From a virus: a DNA stretch of 64,000 nucleotides. Below are positions 20,245-29,927 of the stretch, in pieces (the first letter of the stretch is position 1; each line of letters opens with the position of its first letter). Location of the stretch: positions 27,070 to 91,069 of IMG/VR virus record IMGVR_UViG_3300020394_000267; one strand, given 5' to 3'. The notes under the pieces were generated by a model. It searched no databases. It was not told the DNA's origin and saw nothing but the letters and a program-made list of their open reading frames with translations. The translations under genes and the position numbers were made by a program.

Positions 20245-21837
20245 GTGAAAAATATAATGATGGTTGCATTGGCGATGTTAAGTCTCGGCGCCTATGCAGA
20301 AATAGAAGAGATTACAGTGGTAGGTGCCAAAATATATAATGGATACGCTGACCCAGTATACGACAATAACCTTTTAGAAAGTATAGATTACACAAAAAGA
20401 TATGTCGCTGGTGGACTAGGTGGATTTCATGGTTTACAATTAGGTGGCACTGATACAAAGCATACCGCAGTATACAAAAATGGTATGCCTGTCAATGACC
20501 CCAGTTCTGGGTGGTACGATTTTGGTACAGACTTAGTAGCACATCAAAACATAAAAGTTGTAACTGGCCCTAACAGTGTCAAATTTGGTAGTGGTTCTAT
20601 GGCTGGCGTAGTCTTAATTGAGGATAACTTTGAAAGAAATCTTACAGTTGAGGGTGCGAAAGACCAAAGGTCAATAGTTGCTAGTTATGAGTGGTATCCA
20701 TCAACTCAAGAAGTTGGAGTACAAGTTGCTCACTACAAGGGTTCTAATGGTTCAGTCATGACTGATAACACCGAAGAAGATTGGTATGAAAATACGACAG
20801 TCAAATTTGGATATGGAAATGAGGATGTAAGGGTAAACCTTGAACATGTAAACTATTGGTATGATTATGATGCATGTTGGATGATGATGCCACCTAGTGA
20901 GTGGGAAGAGTGGGATTATTGTAATACGCGAGGAGAGAAAAATACCGCTACTTTAAGAACACAATATCTTACACTAGGGTATACAGAGAATGAGGTGTAT
21001 CATAATACTGGATATGAAATACAATCCAATAGAACTTATGGTGATTTCACTGTATATAAAGATTATGGTCATGAGGTAGGAGTCACATGGGATAACGAAC
21101 AGTATGAGAATAAAATTAGGAATTCTTATTCTGCTTATTACCGATGGTCAAATGACTTCATTGGGATTGGATATAAGTTTCTTGAGGGAACTGGCGCATC
21201 TGCTGAACAACATATTGTTAGAATTGGTATGGAGTGGGAAGACGCGAGATTTTCAATCGCAAATAGTTACAGACTGCCCACTTTATATGAGCAGAGAGGT
21301 GATGGATGGGTGATAGCAAATCCATCTCTACAACCAGAAGAGGGTGTCGGCACAGAATTTGGATACAAGGATGTGTCCATTTACTACTATGAATTTGAGG
21401 AAGGTATCGATTTTGACTATAATAGGTATCAATATGTGAATTCTGGTGCATATTCATCACACGGAATTAGATATCAAGACCAATTTCTGCTTGACAATGG
21501 GTCTGTTTTCGTGTATACTGAGTACATAAAAACAGATAAGATTAGAGTACCTAAATACAAAACTAAAGTAAGTTACTGGACATCTGGTTCATTTGCTGGT
21601 ATCCAATGGGATACCGCTTTAGAGTATCTAGGTGAATTTGAGAAGGGGTTCGATTTTGATGGACGAGTTATTGATGATGTTAACACTGTCAATTTTAAGT
21701 TTGGTGTTTATCTTGAACCATCTCTTTATATTATGATATCCATAGATGATTTGATGGATAACCAATTTGAGGTGTTACCAGATTATGCTGCTGCCGGAAG
21801 AACAGTACGAATCAGTTTCGACAAAATACTATTTTGA
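20245..21837 (+). CDS. TonB-dependent outer-membrane receptor (BtuB-like, compact)
   Basis: Signal peptide (AYA), TonB box EEITVVG, plug VYKNGMPVND..GPNSVKFGSGSMAGVV, YRLPTLYE, NPSLQPEEG, GRTVRISF, C-terminal F. Confidence 0.88.
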   Translation: MKNIMMVALAMLSLGAYAEIEEITVVGAKIYNGYADPVYDNNLLESIDYTKRYVAGGLGGFHGLQLGGTDTKHTAVYKNGMPVNDPSSGWYDFGTDLVAHQNIKVVTGPNSVKFGSGSMAGVVLIEDNFERNLTVEGAKDQRSIVASYEWYPSTQEVGVQVAHYKGSNGSVMTDNTEEDWYENTTVKFGYGNEDVRVNLEHVNYWYDYDACWMMMPPSEWEEWDYCNTRGEKNTATLRTQYLTLGYTENEVYHNTGYEIQSNRTYGDFTVYKDYGHEVGVTWDNEQYENKIRNSYSAYYRWSNDFIGIGYKFLEGTGASAEQHIVRIGMEWEDARFSIANSYRLPTLYEQRGDGWVIANPSLQPEEGVGTEFGYKDVSIYYYEFEEGIDFDYNRYQYVNSGAYSSHGIRYQDQFLLDNGSVFVYTEYIKTDKIRVPKYKTKVSYWTSGSFAGIQWDTALEYLGEFEKGFDFDGRVIDDVNTVNFKFGVYLEPSLYIMISIDDLMDNQFEVLPDYAAAGRTVRISFDKILF

Positions 21838-21850
21838 GGAGAGTAAATCC

Positions 21851-22903
21851 ATGCCCAAATTGTTTGCTAATGGGTGTTCAATTACAATAGGTGCCGAGTT
21901 AGGCGAGTACACCCAGACATGGGATGATGGTAGAGAATATCAAGATGTTGATATAGAATACCGCACCGCTAACAGGTGGTCTACTAAACTAGCAGAAAAA
22001 CTAGATATGGAACCAGTGAACATAGCGAGGGGTGGAGGTTCAAATTGGAGAACATGGAGAACCACGCAAGATTTCGTTGTAGACAATCAAATACACTGTG
22101 CTGTTATACAAATGACAGAACCATCAAGATTTCAGATTCCTATCAGTTACGATTTTATATCTAAATGGCAAGAGACAGATAATGTAAACTTTTTCAATTG
22201 GGCATATGGTGGGATATATTCACCAGAAAAAGATTTAGGTGGTGGGTACGAAGAATTTTCGCATTGGAATACAGGCGAGATGAATAATCTGTTTAGTTTC
22301 CAGAATCATGTGGGCAATCAGACTACGGAGAGAACGCAGAAGGGAACTCACTATGAAAATATGAGAGATGAACTTGCTGGGTATTGGTTGTTCAATACGC
22401 AGATACAGAATTATTTTGATTATCTAAGACATGTGTTATACTTACACAATGTATTTCAATGTCATGGTGTACCGCATCTTATCATAGACGCATTAGAAGG
22501 TTGGACTATGTGTCAATTCTTAAAAAAGGAATTAGAGACAATTGCCCATACTCAAGAGGATAAGTTATTCCTAATGTTAGAAAGCAATCCAAAGATGTTT
22601 GGTATGGTAATTTCGGACTTTCACGAATTAGACAGGAAGGTTTTGAGTACATGGTTTGAGTATATTAGAAAGTCCCAGATGAGTAAAAGATTTAACAAAT
22701 TATTCAAGACAGTGGCAACATTAAATAATTTTGATGGTCACTCATATAGAAAGTATTTTAGTAAAATTACTATGGAATGCCCACGCGAAGGCATGAATGA
22801 TATGTACATAGGGTCAATGCCGAATGGTCACCCCGATGAGGCAGCTCATTTGCAATTCGCGGAAAGAATGTTCAGTGAAATCAAAAGGAGAAATATATTA
22901 TGA
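21851..22903 (+). CDS. SGNH-hydrolase-like protein
   Basis: ANGCSITIG, NIARGGGSN, GHPDEAAH. Confidence 0.6.
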   Translation: MPKLFANGCSITIGAELGEYTQTWDDGREYQDVDIEYRTANRWSTKLAEKLDMEPVNIARGGGSNWRTWRTTQDFVVDNQIHCAVIQMTEPSRFQIPISYDFISKWQETDNVNFFNWAYGGIYSPEKDLGGGYEEFSHWNTGEMNNLFSFQNHVGNQTTERTQKGTHYENMRDELAGYWLFNTQIQNYFDYLRHVLYLHNVFQCHGVPHLIIDALEGWTMCQFLKKELETIAHTQEDKLFLMLESNPKMFGMVISDFHELDRKVLSTWFEYIRKSQMSKRFNKLFKTVATLNNFDGHSYRKYFSKITMECPREGMNDMYIGSMPNGHPDEAAHLQFAERMFSEIKRRNIL

Positions 22904-23148
22904 ACGCAGTGAAATATAGTAGGTCACAAATCAGTGACATTTTGGTAGAACACCAAGCAACTATTGGTTATACCAAGAAGGATGGCACTTCAAGAGATGT
23001 ACACGCTACATTGATGCCTAGTATCATTCCAGAGGTAAAAAATCCTGCCCCAGTGAAGGAAACTCACTTGACAGTATTTGATACCGAAAAACAGCAGTGG
23101 AGAACTCTGCTCATGGATGGTATTACAAATATATCTTCAGTTAAGTAA
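22900..23148 (+). CDS. Small SH3/WYL-like beta-barrel protein
   Basis: YTKKDGTSR...ATL...VFDTEKQQWRT pattern. Confidence 0.65.
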   Translation: MNAVKYSRSQISDILVEHQATIGYTKKDGTSRDVHATLMPSIIPEVKNPAPVKETHLTVFDTEKQQWRTLLMDGITNISSVK

Positions 23149-23156
23149 AAAAACGC

Positions 23157-23186
23157 TTGACACTTGGACTAGACTTGTGTTATCAT
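23157..23186 (+). promoter_or_regulatory. Sigma70 promoter TTGACA-N18-TATCAT
   Basis: Intergenic, A-tract upstream. Confidence 0.6.
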
Positions 23187-23216
23187 ATATAGCTATGATA
23201 CACAAGGAGTCCAATA

Positions 23217-23729
23217 ATGGCAAAAAGAATAACTAAGGACGATTTTCGTCCAGACAAACCGAAGCGTAGGCGTAGAAAACCTATGACTGAGGAACAGAAA
23301 GCTGCCGCTGTCGAAAGATTAGCGAAAGCGCGTGAGGCGAGGTTGAAAAAGAACCCGCCTAAATTGAAGCATGTACATCCAGATGTATTAGCGAAACCCG
23401 ATGACGATTGGTTATCATATAACAAGGTCAAGGGTTGGATTAAATACAACAAAGAGATGATACCGTCCATCAAACAAGAGATAAGGGCGAATCAAAAGGG
23501 TGCGATTGCTAGACTTGAATCAGTTAAAGGTTACATTAGACAAATGGAAACTTATCTGAAACATAATGTATGGTTATCTAATTTCGCAGGCGAAGACCAA
23601 AATAAAAAGGTAGTCTGGGAATGTGTTGTTCCAGCATACGACAAAGAAGGCAATATCAAACGCCAGAAGGGGGTCTATTACAAAGACCTTGGGTTTGTAT
23701 GGGGGGAGCAAGACGATGATATTGATTGA
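23217..23729 (+). CDS. Conserved T4-like hypothetical protein
   Basis: RKPMTEEQKAAAVERLAKAREAR motif; upstream of rnh. Confidence 0.7.
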   Translation: MAKRITKDDFRPDKPKRRRRKPMTEEQKAAAVERLAKAREARLKKNPPKLKHVHPDVLAKPDDDWLSYNKVKGWIKYNKEMIPSIKQEIRANQKGAIARLESVKGYIRQMETYLKHNVWLSNFAGEDQNKKVVWECVVPAYDKEGNIKRQKGVYYKDLGFVWGEQDDDID

Positions 23730-24600
23730 TTATAATCAAATTAGTATCGGCAATCTAATGGCGGAACTCAATGGTTCTAAAGATGGCGATATTAATATAG
23801 ATTTGGTTCGCCATATGATACTCAATACTTTGCGAAGTTATAAAACAAAGTATGGTGAGGAGTATGGTGATTTGGTTATTGCTTGTGACAACAGACGATA
23901 TTGGAGAAGACAAGTATTTCCCCAATACAAGGCAAGTAGAAAGAAAACACGCGAAGATAGTGGATATGATTGGACATCTATCTTTGAGGGTCTTTCACTA
24001 GTCAGACAAGAATTACAACAGCACATGCCGTATCCAGTTATTGATGTGGATGGTGCTGAGGCAGATGATGTAATTGGTACACTGGCAGAGTGGAGTCAGT
24101 CAAATGATTTGGTACAGGATGGTTTATTTGAATCGCCTAGACCATTTCTTATTGTATCTGGTGACCACGATTTCCAACAGTTACAGAAATGGGATAATGT
24201 TGTTCAATTCTCACCAATGAAAAAACGGTTCATCAAGATTAAAGAACCCGCTGAACATATACTGAGGGAACATATTATTAGAGGTGATAAAGGCGATGGA
24301 GTGCCTAACATTCACAGTGATGACGATTCATTCGTTGAGGGTAGGAGACAAAGACCTATCAGAAAAACACTGGTTGCTGAGTGGAAAACACAGAAACCAG
24401 AGGAATGGGTAACAGGTGAAATGGCTGCTGGTTATATACGAAATAAAACTATGGTTGATTTATCGCAGACACCAGCAGAAATCAAGGAACAGATTGTTTT
24501 CCAGTACACTCAACAGCTCAATAAGTCGGCTGAGGACATGTATAAATACTTTACGAACTTTGGTCTTGACAGACTTATTGAAGTAATTGATGAATTTTAA
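23716..24600 (+). CDS. rnh: RNase H / 5'-3' exonuclease (T4 rnh-like)
   Basis: MILIDYNQ, YWRR..FPQYKASR, EADDVIG, SGDHDFQQL, GDKGDGVPNI. Confidence 0.95.
   Translation: MILIDYNQISIGNLMAELNGSKDGDINIDLVRHMILNTLRSYKTKYGEEYGDLVIACDNRRYWRRQVFPQYKASRKKTREDSGYDWTSIFEGLSLVRQELQQHMPYPVIDVDGAEADDVIGTLAEWSQSNDLVQDGLFESPRPFLIVSGDHDFQQLQKWDNVVQFSPMKKRFIKIKEPAEHILREHIIRGDKGDGVPNIHSDDDSFVEGRRQRPIRKTLVAEWKTQKPEEWVTGEMAAGYIRNKTMVDLSQTPAEIKEQIVFQYTQQLNKSAEDMYKYFTNFGLDRLIEVIDEF
24541..24548 (+). promoter_or_regulatory. T4-type late promoter TATAAATA within the 3' end of rnh
   Basis: Exact consensus ~65 nt upstream of the ATG at 24612. Confidence 0.5.
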
Positions 24601-24611
24601 TGAGGTAAAAT

Positions 24612-25103
24612 ATGAGAAAATTTAGACAAATGAATGAAGGTTTCGACTATGTATTTGAAGGCGAAACCGTAGACGAGCAAGTCACTCGTTTAAAAGAATG
24701 GGGACAAACCAACCAATGCCTAGTTCCGATAGTGCGAATTGGTGTAGGTGCGGAGAAACCAGAATGGGGATTACCAGAAGGCATGCCCGAAACCACTAAA
24801 ATTGAAGAGGATACGCCAGATGGATTAGGTGCAACATCTATCCAAATGGAATGGCGTAGAATCAAGCAATTTACAGACCCAAATTCTAATATGAAGAATC
24901 TACCAACTTGGAAACAAGAAATGAATTGGTTACAGATTCTTGAGGGCGTACATCCAGAAGAGGCAAAGATATTAACATCTGTAAAAGATGGTGCTCTACT
25001 TGGACTATACCCGAAGTTAGAAAAACTCATGGCACCCTTGGGAATTACCGAGTATAACAAACCCAAGAAAACTAGGAAAACCAGAAAGAAAAAGGAAGTA
25101 TAA
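24612..25103 (+). CDS. Conserved T4-like hypothetical protein
   Basis: W.LPEG.P and QILEGVHPEEA motifs; follows rnh. Confidence 0.7.
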   Translation: MRKFRQMNEGFDYVFEGETVDEQVTRLKEWGQTNQCLVPIVRIGVGAEKPEWGLPEGMPETTKIEEDTPDGLGATSIQMEWRRIKQFTDPNSNMKNLPTWKQEMNWLQILEGVHPEEAKILTSVKDGALLGLYPKLEKLMAPLGITEYNKPKKTRKTRKKKEV

Positions 25104-25360
25104 TGGCAGATTTGACCAAACAATTAACCCATACTTTGAAAATCTATTTCGATAGTCAGATAAACAAGCACAAAATAAATGTACAAGTTTTGATGCAAAA
25201 AGGCGTGGGAGTTGCAGAACATCCAGATATAATGCAAACGATTGAGGACGAACTTGGCAAGATTGCTGAATTCAAGGATAAACTAGAGGCACTAGATACA
25301 CTTGATATCGCAGATGAAAATCAGTTGAGTTTTTTAAGGGAAGATGGAACGAGCCAGTAG
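25103..25360 (+). CDS. Conserved hypothetical protein
   Basis: KHKINV...GVGVAEHPDIM..IEDEL motif. Confidence 0.7.
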   Translation: MADLTKQLTHTLKIYFDSQINKHKINVQVLMQKGVGVAEHPDIMQTIEDELGKIAEFKDKLEALDTLDIADENQLSFLREDGTSQ

Positions 25361-25874
25361 ATTCTTTTTGTTCAAATGTGGTGGTTGGAAGAATGAATTT
25401 TGGATTGTAGATGAACATAGTCTACAAGAGGTTCCAAAACCACGCGAGATGATAATCAAATTCTCTACCGTTGAAAAGGTCAGAGAATATGTTATTACAC
25501 AAAACCCCCAAGACCTACCAATAGTCGATAGGTGCAGAGACCGTACCGCTTGGCACACGCCAGAAGGTCGAGAACGCATAAAACAGGCTAAACTAGGTCA
25601 AAGTAACCCCAATTCTACAGGATTGTCAGAGGCGCATAAGGCGAAGATATCGCAGACTATGACAGGTACTAGACAGGGTGAATTCAATCCTATGTATGGG
25701 CGAACACACAAAGCGCATACCATAGAACTAATCAGACAGAAGGCATTTGCACGCCCTAAAATGAGGTGGTGTGTAGAACCGTCTGGCAAGTCCCATTTGA
25801 TACGCGCTGACGGTGAAATACCCGATGAGTGGCAATGGGGACGATATTACGACAAATATAGACCAAATGAGTGA
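25344..25874 (+). CDS. NUMOD3-repeat DNA-binding protein (homing-endonuclease derived)
   Basis: HTPEGRERIKQA, LSEAHKAKISQT, GEFNPMYGRTH repeats. Confidence 0.65.
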   Translation: MERASRFFLFKCGGWKNEFWIVDEHSLQEVPKPREMIIKFSTVEKVREYVITQNPQDLPIVDRCRDRTAWHTPEGRERIKQAKLGQSNPNSTGLSEAHKAKISQTMTGTRQGEFNPMYGRTHKAHTIELIRQKAFARPKMRWCVEPSGKSHLIRADGEIPDEWQWGRYYDKYRPNE

Positions 25875-25908
25875 ATTTTTTTATCAATTTTTTTGCTTTT
25901 CCCAGTTA

Positions 25909-25921
25909 AATCAATGACTTA
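25909..25921 (+). promoter_or_regulatory. IHF binding site AATCAATGACTTA
   Basis: Exact WATCAANNNNTTR match with upstream T-tract. Confidence 0.7.
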
Positions 25922-25947
25922 CAGAGGCGGATTTATCGCTATTTTCC

Positions 25948-25976
25948 TTGACTTTTGCCCTAAAATATGGGATCAT
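25948..25976 (+). promoter_or_regulatory. Early promoter TTGACT-N17-GATCAT
   Basis: Same design as 7691, 29928 and 31876. Confidence 0.75.
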
Positions 25977-26006
25977 ATACATGTAATTAGGAAAGTGAGA
26001 GAAAAT

Positions 26007-26255
26007 ATGACAAATAAGATAAATTTCGTTGGTGCAAATAATGGTGGTCTTGAGTTTGTTCTTGAGAATGACAGTTATGAGAATAAACTTGTGGGCAAAA
26101 ACCTTGAAGAGTGTGCTTTGATTATCGCAAAACACGGTCTTGCTGACAGAGTGATGGGAAGTTCTTCAATGGACTTTGCTAGTGAGGATGGATTTGAAAC
26201 CGATGATGGTGCGATGACTATGTACCAATATGCAATTAAATTAAGTGGAGTGTAA
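26007..26255 (+). CDS. Hypothetical early protein
   Basis: Starts after the promoter and GAGAG RBS; SSSMDFA.E.GF motif. Confidence 0.65.
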   Translation: MTNKINFVGANNGGLEFVLENDSYENKLVGKNLEECALIIAKHGLADRVMGSSSMDFASEDGFETDDGAMTMYQYAIKLSGV

Positions 26256-26256
26256 T

Positions 26257-26487
26257 ATGACAGGATTAGTTGAAACAGAATTAACTTTGACGCTCAATCA
26301 GATTATTGAGAAAATGGGTGCCCCCAAAGGCACTACCTATGACCAGTTAGATGAAGGTCAACAGGCACATGTGGATGCCTACTGTGAACAGTTTGACCCA
26401 GACCAACCCGATTTTGAAAACGGACAGTGCTACTGTGGTGAGTACAATTGCCCAGAAGCGTATGAACATGCAACGAGTGGGTGGTAA
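26257..26487 (+). CDS. Hypothetical protein with Cys/His motif
   Basis: CYCGEYNCPEAYEH. Confidence 0.6.
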   Translation: MTGLVETELTLTLNQIIEKMGAPKGTTYDQLDEGQQAHVDAYCEQFDPDQPDFENGQCYCGEYNCPEAYEHATSGW

Positions 26488-27093
26488 GTGAAGAATTTTA
26501 CAGAGAAAATAATTCTAACCGATTGTGATGGAGTCTGCCTAGATTGGGAGACTGCATTTTTCACATGGATGGCGCATAATGGGATGAACCCAGTAGGCGA
26601 AGATTGGAAACTCAAGTATAAAGTTTCCCAGAGATTTGGAGTAACGCAGGCAGAAGGTCAGAGATTGACTAATCAGTTCAACAGTTCTGCTGCTATTGGA
26701 TTCTTGCCCCCATTGAGGGACGCCCAGTATTACATGAAGAAACTTTCTGAAAAACATGGGTACAAGTTTGTCGCTGTCACTAGTTTACATAGTGACCCAT
26801 ACGCACAAGAGTTGAGAACTCAAAACCTTAAAAAGTTATTTGGAGAGGACACATTCATCGAGTATTATTACTTGGATTGTGGTGCTGACAAGGATGAGAT
26901 ATTAGAAGAGTTGAGTCATAAATACTATGGCGCGCCTTGGGTCGAGGACAAGTATGTCAATGTTGAAGTTGGCATGAAAGTCGGATTTCAAGGATTTCTA
27001 ATCGAACACGGGCATAACCTAAATTACAAAGGAAATGCCACCATTGTCAAGAATTGGGAGCAAATCTATGACACGCTTACTAAAGGAAGTTGA
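26488..27093 (+). CDS. HAD-family 5'(3')-deoxyribonucleotidase-like protein (T4 gp30.2-like)
   Basis: ILTDCDGVCLDW, VAVTS, WVEDK. Confidence 0.8.
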   Translation: MKNFTEKIILTDCDGVCLDWETAFFTWMAHNGMNPVGEDWKLKYKVSQRFGVTQAEGQRLTNQFNSSAAIGFLPPLRDAQYYMKKLSEKHGYKFVAVTSLHSDPYAQELRTQNLKKLFGEDTFIEYYYLDCGADKDEILEELSHKYYGAPWVEDKYVNVEVGMKVGFQGFLIEHGHNLNYKGNATIVKNWEQIYDTLTKGS

Positions 27094-27250
27094 CCACGAT
27101 TCGGGCAGAGAATTTGATTCTTTTTGCCACGAGTTATTTCACCAGAATTGTTCAGAGAGGGAAGCGTATAACGAACCGCTGCTCACCTATGATGAATATG
27201 TAGCAAAAAACATGGATTTTCTGGTGGAGACATTTAAAAAGAGGAGTTAA
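27068..27250 (+). CDS. Hypothetical protein
   Basis: F..FC.EL...NCSEREAY motif. Confidence 0.55.
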   Translation: MTRLLKEVDHDSGREFDSFCHELFHQNCSEREAYNEPLLTYDEYVAKNMDFLVETFKKRS

Positions 27251-27251
27251 C

Positions 27252-27479
27252 ATGGGTATGGAAGTACTCGCCGGCTTGTTCGGCATTTCAGTGTATGTGG
27301 CATATTCGCTAGGATTCAAAAAAGGAACATCTACATCAGCACAGGTAACTATGCTGATGATGAGAGAGTTTCTAAATGAAAGTCAAGGCAGTGATTGGAC
27401 AGACATCACATTAGGAAAAAACTTTAACAGGGTACATCGATGGATGCAACAGGTCGAAGATGCCACGGAAGAATCCTAG
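27252..27479 (+). CDS. Small membrane protein
   Basis: GAGGAG RBS; N-terminal TM helix. Confidence 0.6.
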   Translation: MGMEVLAGLFGISVYVAYSLGFKKGTSTSAQVTMLMMREFLNESQGSDWTDITLGKNFNRVHRWMQQVEDATEES

Positions 27480-27795
27480 TCTAGTACAATACCAGAAAAT
27501 GCTTTCCGAGTTCAATTGGAATTGGGAGGCGGAAACTGAGATAGCGATGTTGGATATATCTGCTGCTCAGAGAAGGAAACAGGAGAAGAGGGAAAACGAA
27601 TTAATTGATTACAGTCTGGTGTCGCCGATGCACACTGAGTTATACAATGCCCATTTCGTTTTTGCTACTGAGGATGGCCCGAAACCAAAACTGGAGAAAG
27701 CGGGAAAAGAAAACGGAAAAACTGTCTACAAAATCATACACGATGAGGATGACGGTTTAATTTTTGATTGGAGAAAACAACATGTACGAGTATAA
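27460..27795 (+). CDS. Hypothetical protein
   Basis: 111-aa packed ORF. Confidence 0.55.
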   Translation: MPRKNPSLVQYQKMLSEFNWNWEAETEIAMLDISAAQRRKQEKRENELIDYSLVSPMHTELYNAHFVFATEDGPKPKLEKAGKENGKTVYKIIHDEDDGLIFDWRKQHVRV

Positions 27796-28147
27796 CATAG
27801 TAATACAACGCTGGGTGGATGGCGATACAGTCGATGTCGATATAGACTTAGGCTTTGGAGTATGGTTAAATGACCAGCGAGTAAGACTGGCGGGTATCAA
27901 TGCCCCAGAGAGCAGAACGCGAGACTTAGAAGAGAAGAAACTAGGACTGGCGGCAAAAGACTTCTGTAAGAATTTCTGTAAGGAAGGCGAGTATGCTAAA
28001 TTGGTATGTAAGAAATACGATTCCAAGGGCAAATTCGGAAGGATTCTAGGAGAGATTTGGAGCATAACGAATTACGCAGATAAATCATTGAACGAATATT
28101 TACTTGATAAAGGACACGCTACAGAATATCATGGCGGCAAAAGGTAG
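27782..28147 (+). CDS. Thermonuclease (SNase-like) family protein
   Basis: VDGDTVDVDIDLGF, RVRLAGINAPESR, GKFGRILG. Confidence 0.9.
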   Translation: MYEYNIVIQRWVDGDTVDVDIDLGFGVWLNDQRVRLAGINAPESRTRDLEEKKLGLAAKDFCKNFCKEGEYAKLVCKKYDSKGKFGRILGEIWSITNYADKSLNEYLLDKGHATEYHGGKR

Positions 28148-29105
28148 TCTATCCAGAAATCTAATTACAGGTGGTTGCTCATTCACGGCACATAAGACGC
28201 GAGAAACCCTAGCATGGGCTGAACAACTATCTGAGAAATACGATAATGTAATTAACACCGCTGAGATGGCGAGTGGGAATCAGATTATCTGTGACAGGAT
28301 ATGCTACGAATTAAGCAAACCAGAAGTAACGAGTGAGAACACAATGGTCGCTGTCATGTGGAGTTCGCCCTTTAGAAAAGAATTCCTATTCACATATGAT
28401 GACCCAGACTATACAGACATATGGCAAAGATTCAAAGACAAAATAGGATTCAGCAACTATATTCTAACAGATAAACAACACGAGAAACATTCCACATCCA
28501 ACTGGCTTATAGTAGGGGGCGGATATGGCATCTGGAATTACGAAGTAACGCCGCTGGACGCTAGATTGAAAAACTATTTTAGTGATATATACAATCCCGA
28601 AGAGGCATATGTGAGCACTCTGAGGGCCATGATTACTGTACAAAGTTTATGTCAGGCGAAAAGAATCCCGCTGTTAAACATGACATGGCAGAGTATCTTT
28701 CATGATTTAAGTGCAAAAGATTTCGAGAGTGATGAAAGTTTTTGGAAAAAGGATATAGTCAGCACGACAGGATGGTTATATACGCGACTGAGAACAGCAT
28801 TTAGCAACAGATTACGCGATAAAGGATTACTGAATGAGCAGGAAATGAAATCCGATATGCATAACAAAAGAATTGATAGATTATATCCCAACACAAAACA
28901 CTGGTTTGAGCTAATCGATTGGGGTACATGGCACTTCTATGAAAACGATTTAATTCAGAAAGGTGGATTACAAGAGTTTTCGCATTATGAGTGTGGCACA
29001 AAAAGTGAAGAATTAAAGAATCATCCTAGCACAAAAGTACAAACAAAATGGATGAATAGAATAATGAAAGTGATAGAGGAAAAATATGGCATGGAAACGA
29101 GTTAA
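28131..29105 (+). CDS. SGNH-hydrolase-like protein
   Basis: ITGGCSFTA, SGNQII, NHPSTKVQ. Confidence 0.6.
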   Translation: MAAKGSLSRNLITGGCSFTAHKTRETLAWAEQLSEKYDNVINTAEMASGNQIICDRICYELSKPEVTSENTMVAVMWSSPFRKEFLFTYDDPDYTDIWQRFKDKIGFSNYILTDKQHEKHSTSNWLIVGGGYGIWNYEVTPLDARLKNYFSDIYNPEEAYVSTLRAMITVQSLCQAKRIPLLNMTWQSIFHDLSAKDFESDESFWKKDIVSTTGWLYTRLRTAFSNRLRDKGLLNEQEMKSDMHNKRIDRLYPNTKHWFELIDWGTWHFYENDLIQKGGLQEFSHYECGTKSEELKNHPSTKVQTKWMNRIMKVIEEKYGMETS

Positions 29106-29286
29106 AGAAACGCTATGGGGAAATCCTAATAAAGGCATTAGTGGAGAACCAGACCCAAACGATTTAACATTAGAGAACGCTTATAAGACGCGCTGGATAT
29201 GGTATCACACTATATTGGGAATCGAATTATTAATCGTTATTATAGTACAGGTTGCTATATTGACGCTTCTGGCAGTGAAACTATAG
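29086..29286 (+). CDS. Small membrane protein
   Basis: NAYKTRWIWYHTILGIEL followed by a TM helix. Confidence 0.65.
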   Translation: MAWKRVKETLWGNPNKGISGEPDPNDLTLENAYKTRWIWYHTILGIELLIVIIVQVAILTLLAVKL

Positions 29287-29296
29287 AGGAAAAGTT

Positions 29297-29416
29297 ATGT
29301 GGCAAACAGGTGGATTTCTTAATACATTAATGTGGTTTTTATTGGGGTATTGGGTAGGTATAGGAATGCCTCTACCCGCTATGCCATGGTGTTTATTTGG
29401 GTATTGTATATCATGA
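29297..29416 (+). CDS. 39-aa hydrophobic peptide
   Basis: GAGG RBS; MWQTGGFLNTLMWFLLGYWVGIGMPLPAMPWCLFGYCIS. Confidence 0.45.
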   Translation: MWQTGGFLNTLMWFLLGYWVGIGMPLPAMPWCLFGYCIS

Positions 29417-29728
29417 TTACCAGTTGCTTTATACAGATAATGTTCGCTTTTATTATAGGGTATATGATAGGAAAGTATAGTGCGCCCTATAGGTAAGAAA
29501 GGAACGGTGAGCAGTCTAAGTCGCAATGAAACGAAAAAGAACAAAAGACTTGCTAATAAAGGGATTCGCAGACAGGGTAAACGCCAGTCAGAGAGTTCTG
29601 TACTTGAACTGTGGAGGGAAAAAAGTGGGAAATAGTGGTAATCTAAATCCGCGTGAGGGCAGGAGTGAGCGCCGCCGCCCGACTAAAAAATCAGACGCCG
29701 CTGCCGCTCCCAGACGCGGTAAACAGAG

Positions 29729-29757
29729 ATCATACCACAGAGCGGCACTAATGTCAA
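29729..29757 (-). promoter_or_regulatory. Leftward sigma70 promoter TTGACA-N17-TATGAT (extended -10)
   Basis: Reverse complement of ATCATA 29729-29734 and TGTCAA 29752-29757. Confidence 0.7.
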
Positions 29758-29821
29758 GCACTTTCCGCCATGCGTGGTGGCAGTGGCTGTGAAAATAATT
29801 CGTCTTTTTTGAAGAAAACGC

Positions 29822-29850
29822 TTGACAACTGCTGATCTAATGTGTATAAT
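29822..29850 (+). promoter_or_regulatory. Consensus sigma70 promoter TTGACA-N17-TATAAT
   Basis: Exact consensus. Confidence 0.85.
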
Positions 29851-29885
29851 AGGGTGTCGCCTTTAAGAAGAGATATGGCTGCTGC

Positions 29886-29898
29886 TAAGTGATTGATA
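29886..29898 (-). promoter_or_regulatory. IHF binding site TATCAATCACTTA
   Basis: Exact WATCAANNNNTTR match on the minus strand between two promoters. Confidence 0.65.
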
Positions 29899-29927
29899 TA
29901 TAAGGGAAATAAAAGATAAAATAATAC

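Noticed and set aside
29526-29792. 88-aa ORF in the non-coding locus
   Set aside because: No RBS, atypical composition, overlaps a promoter and a hairpin
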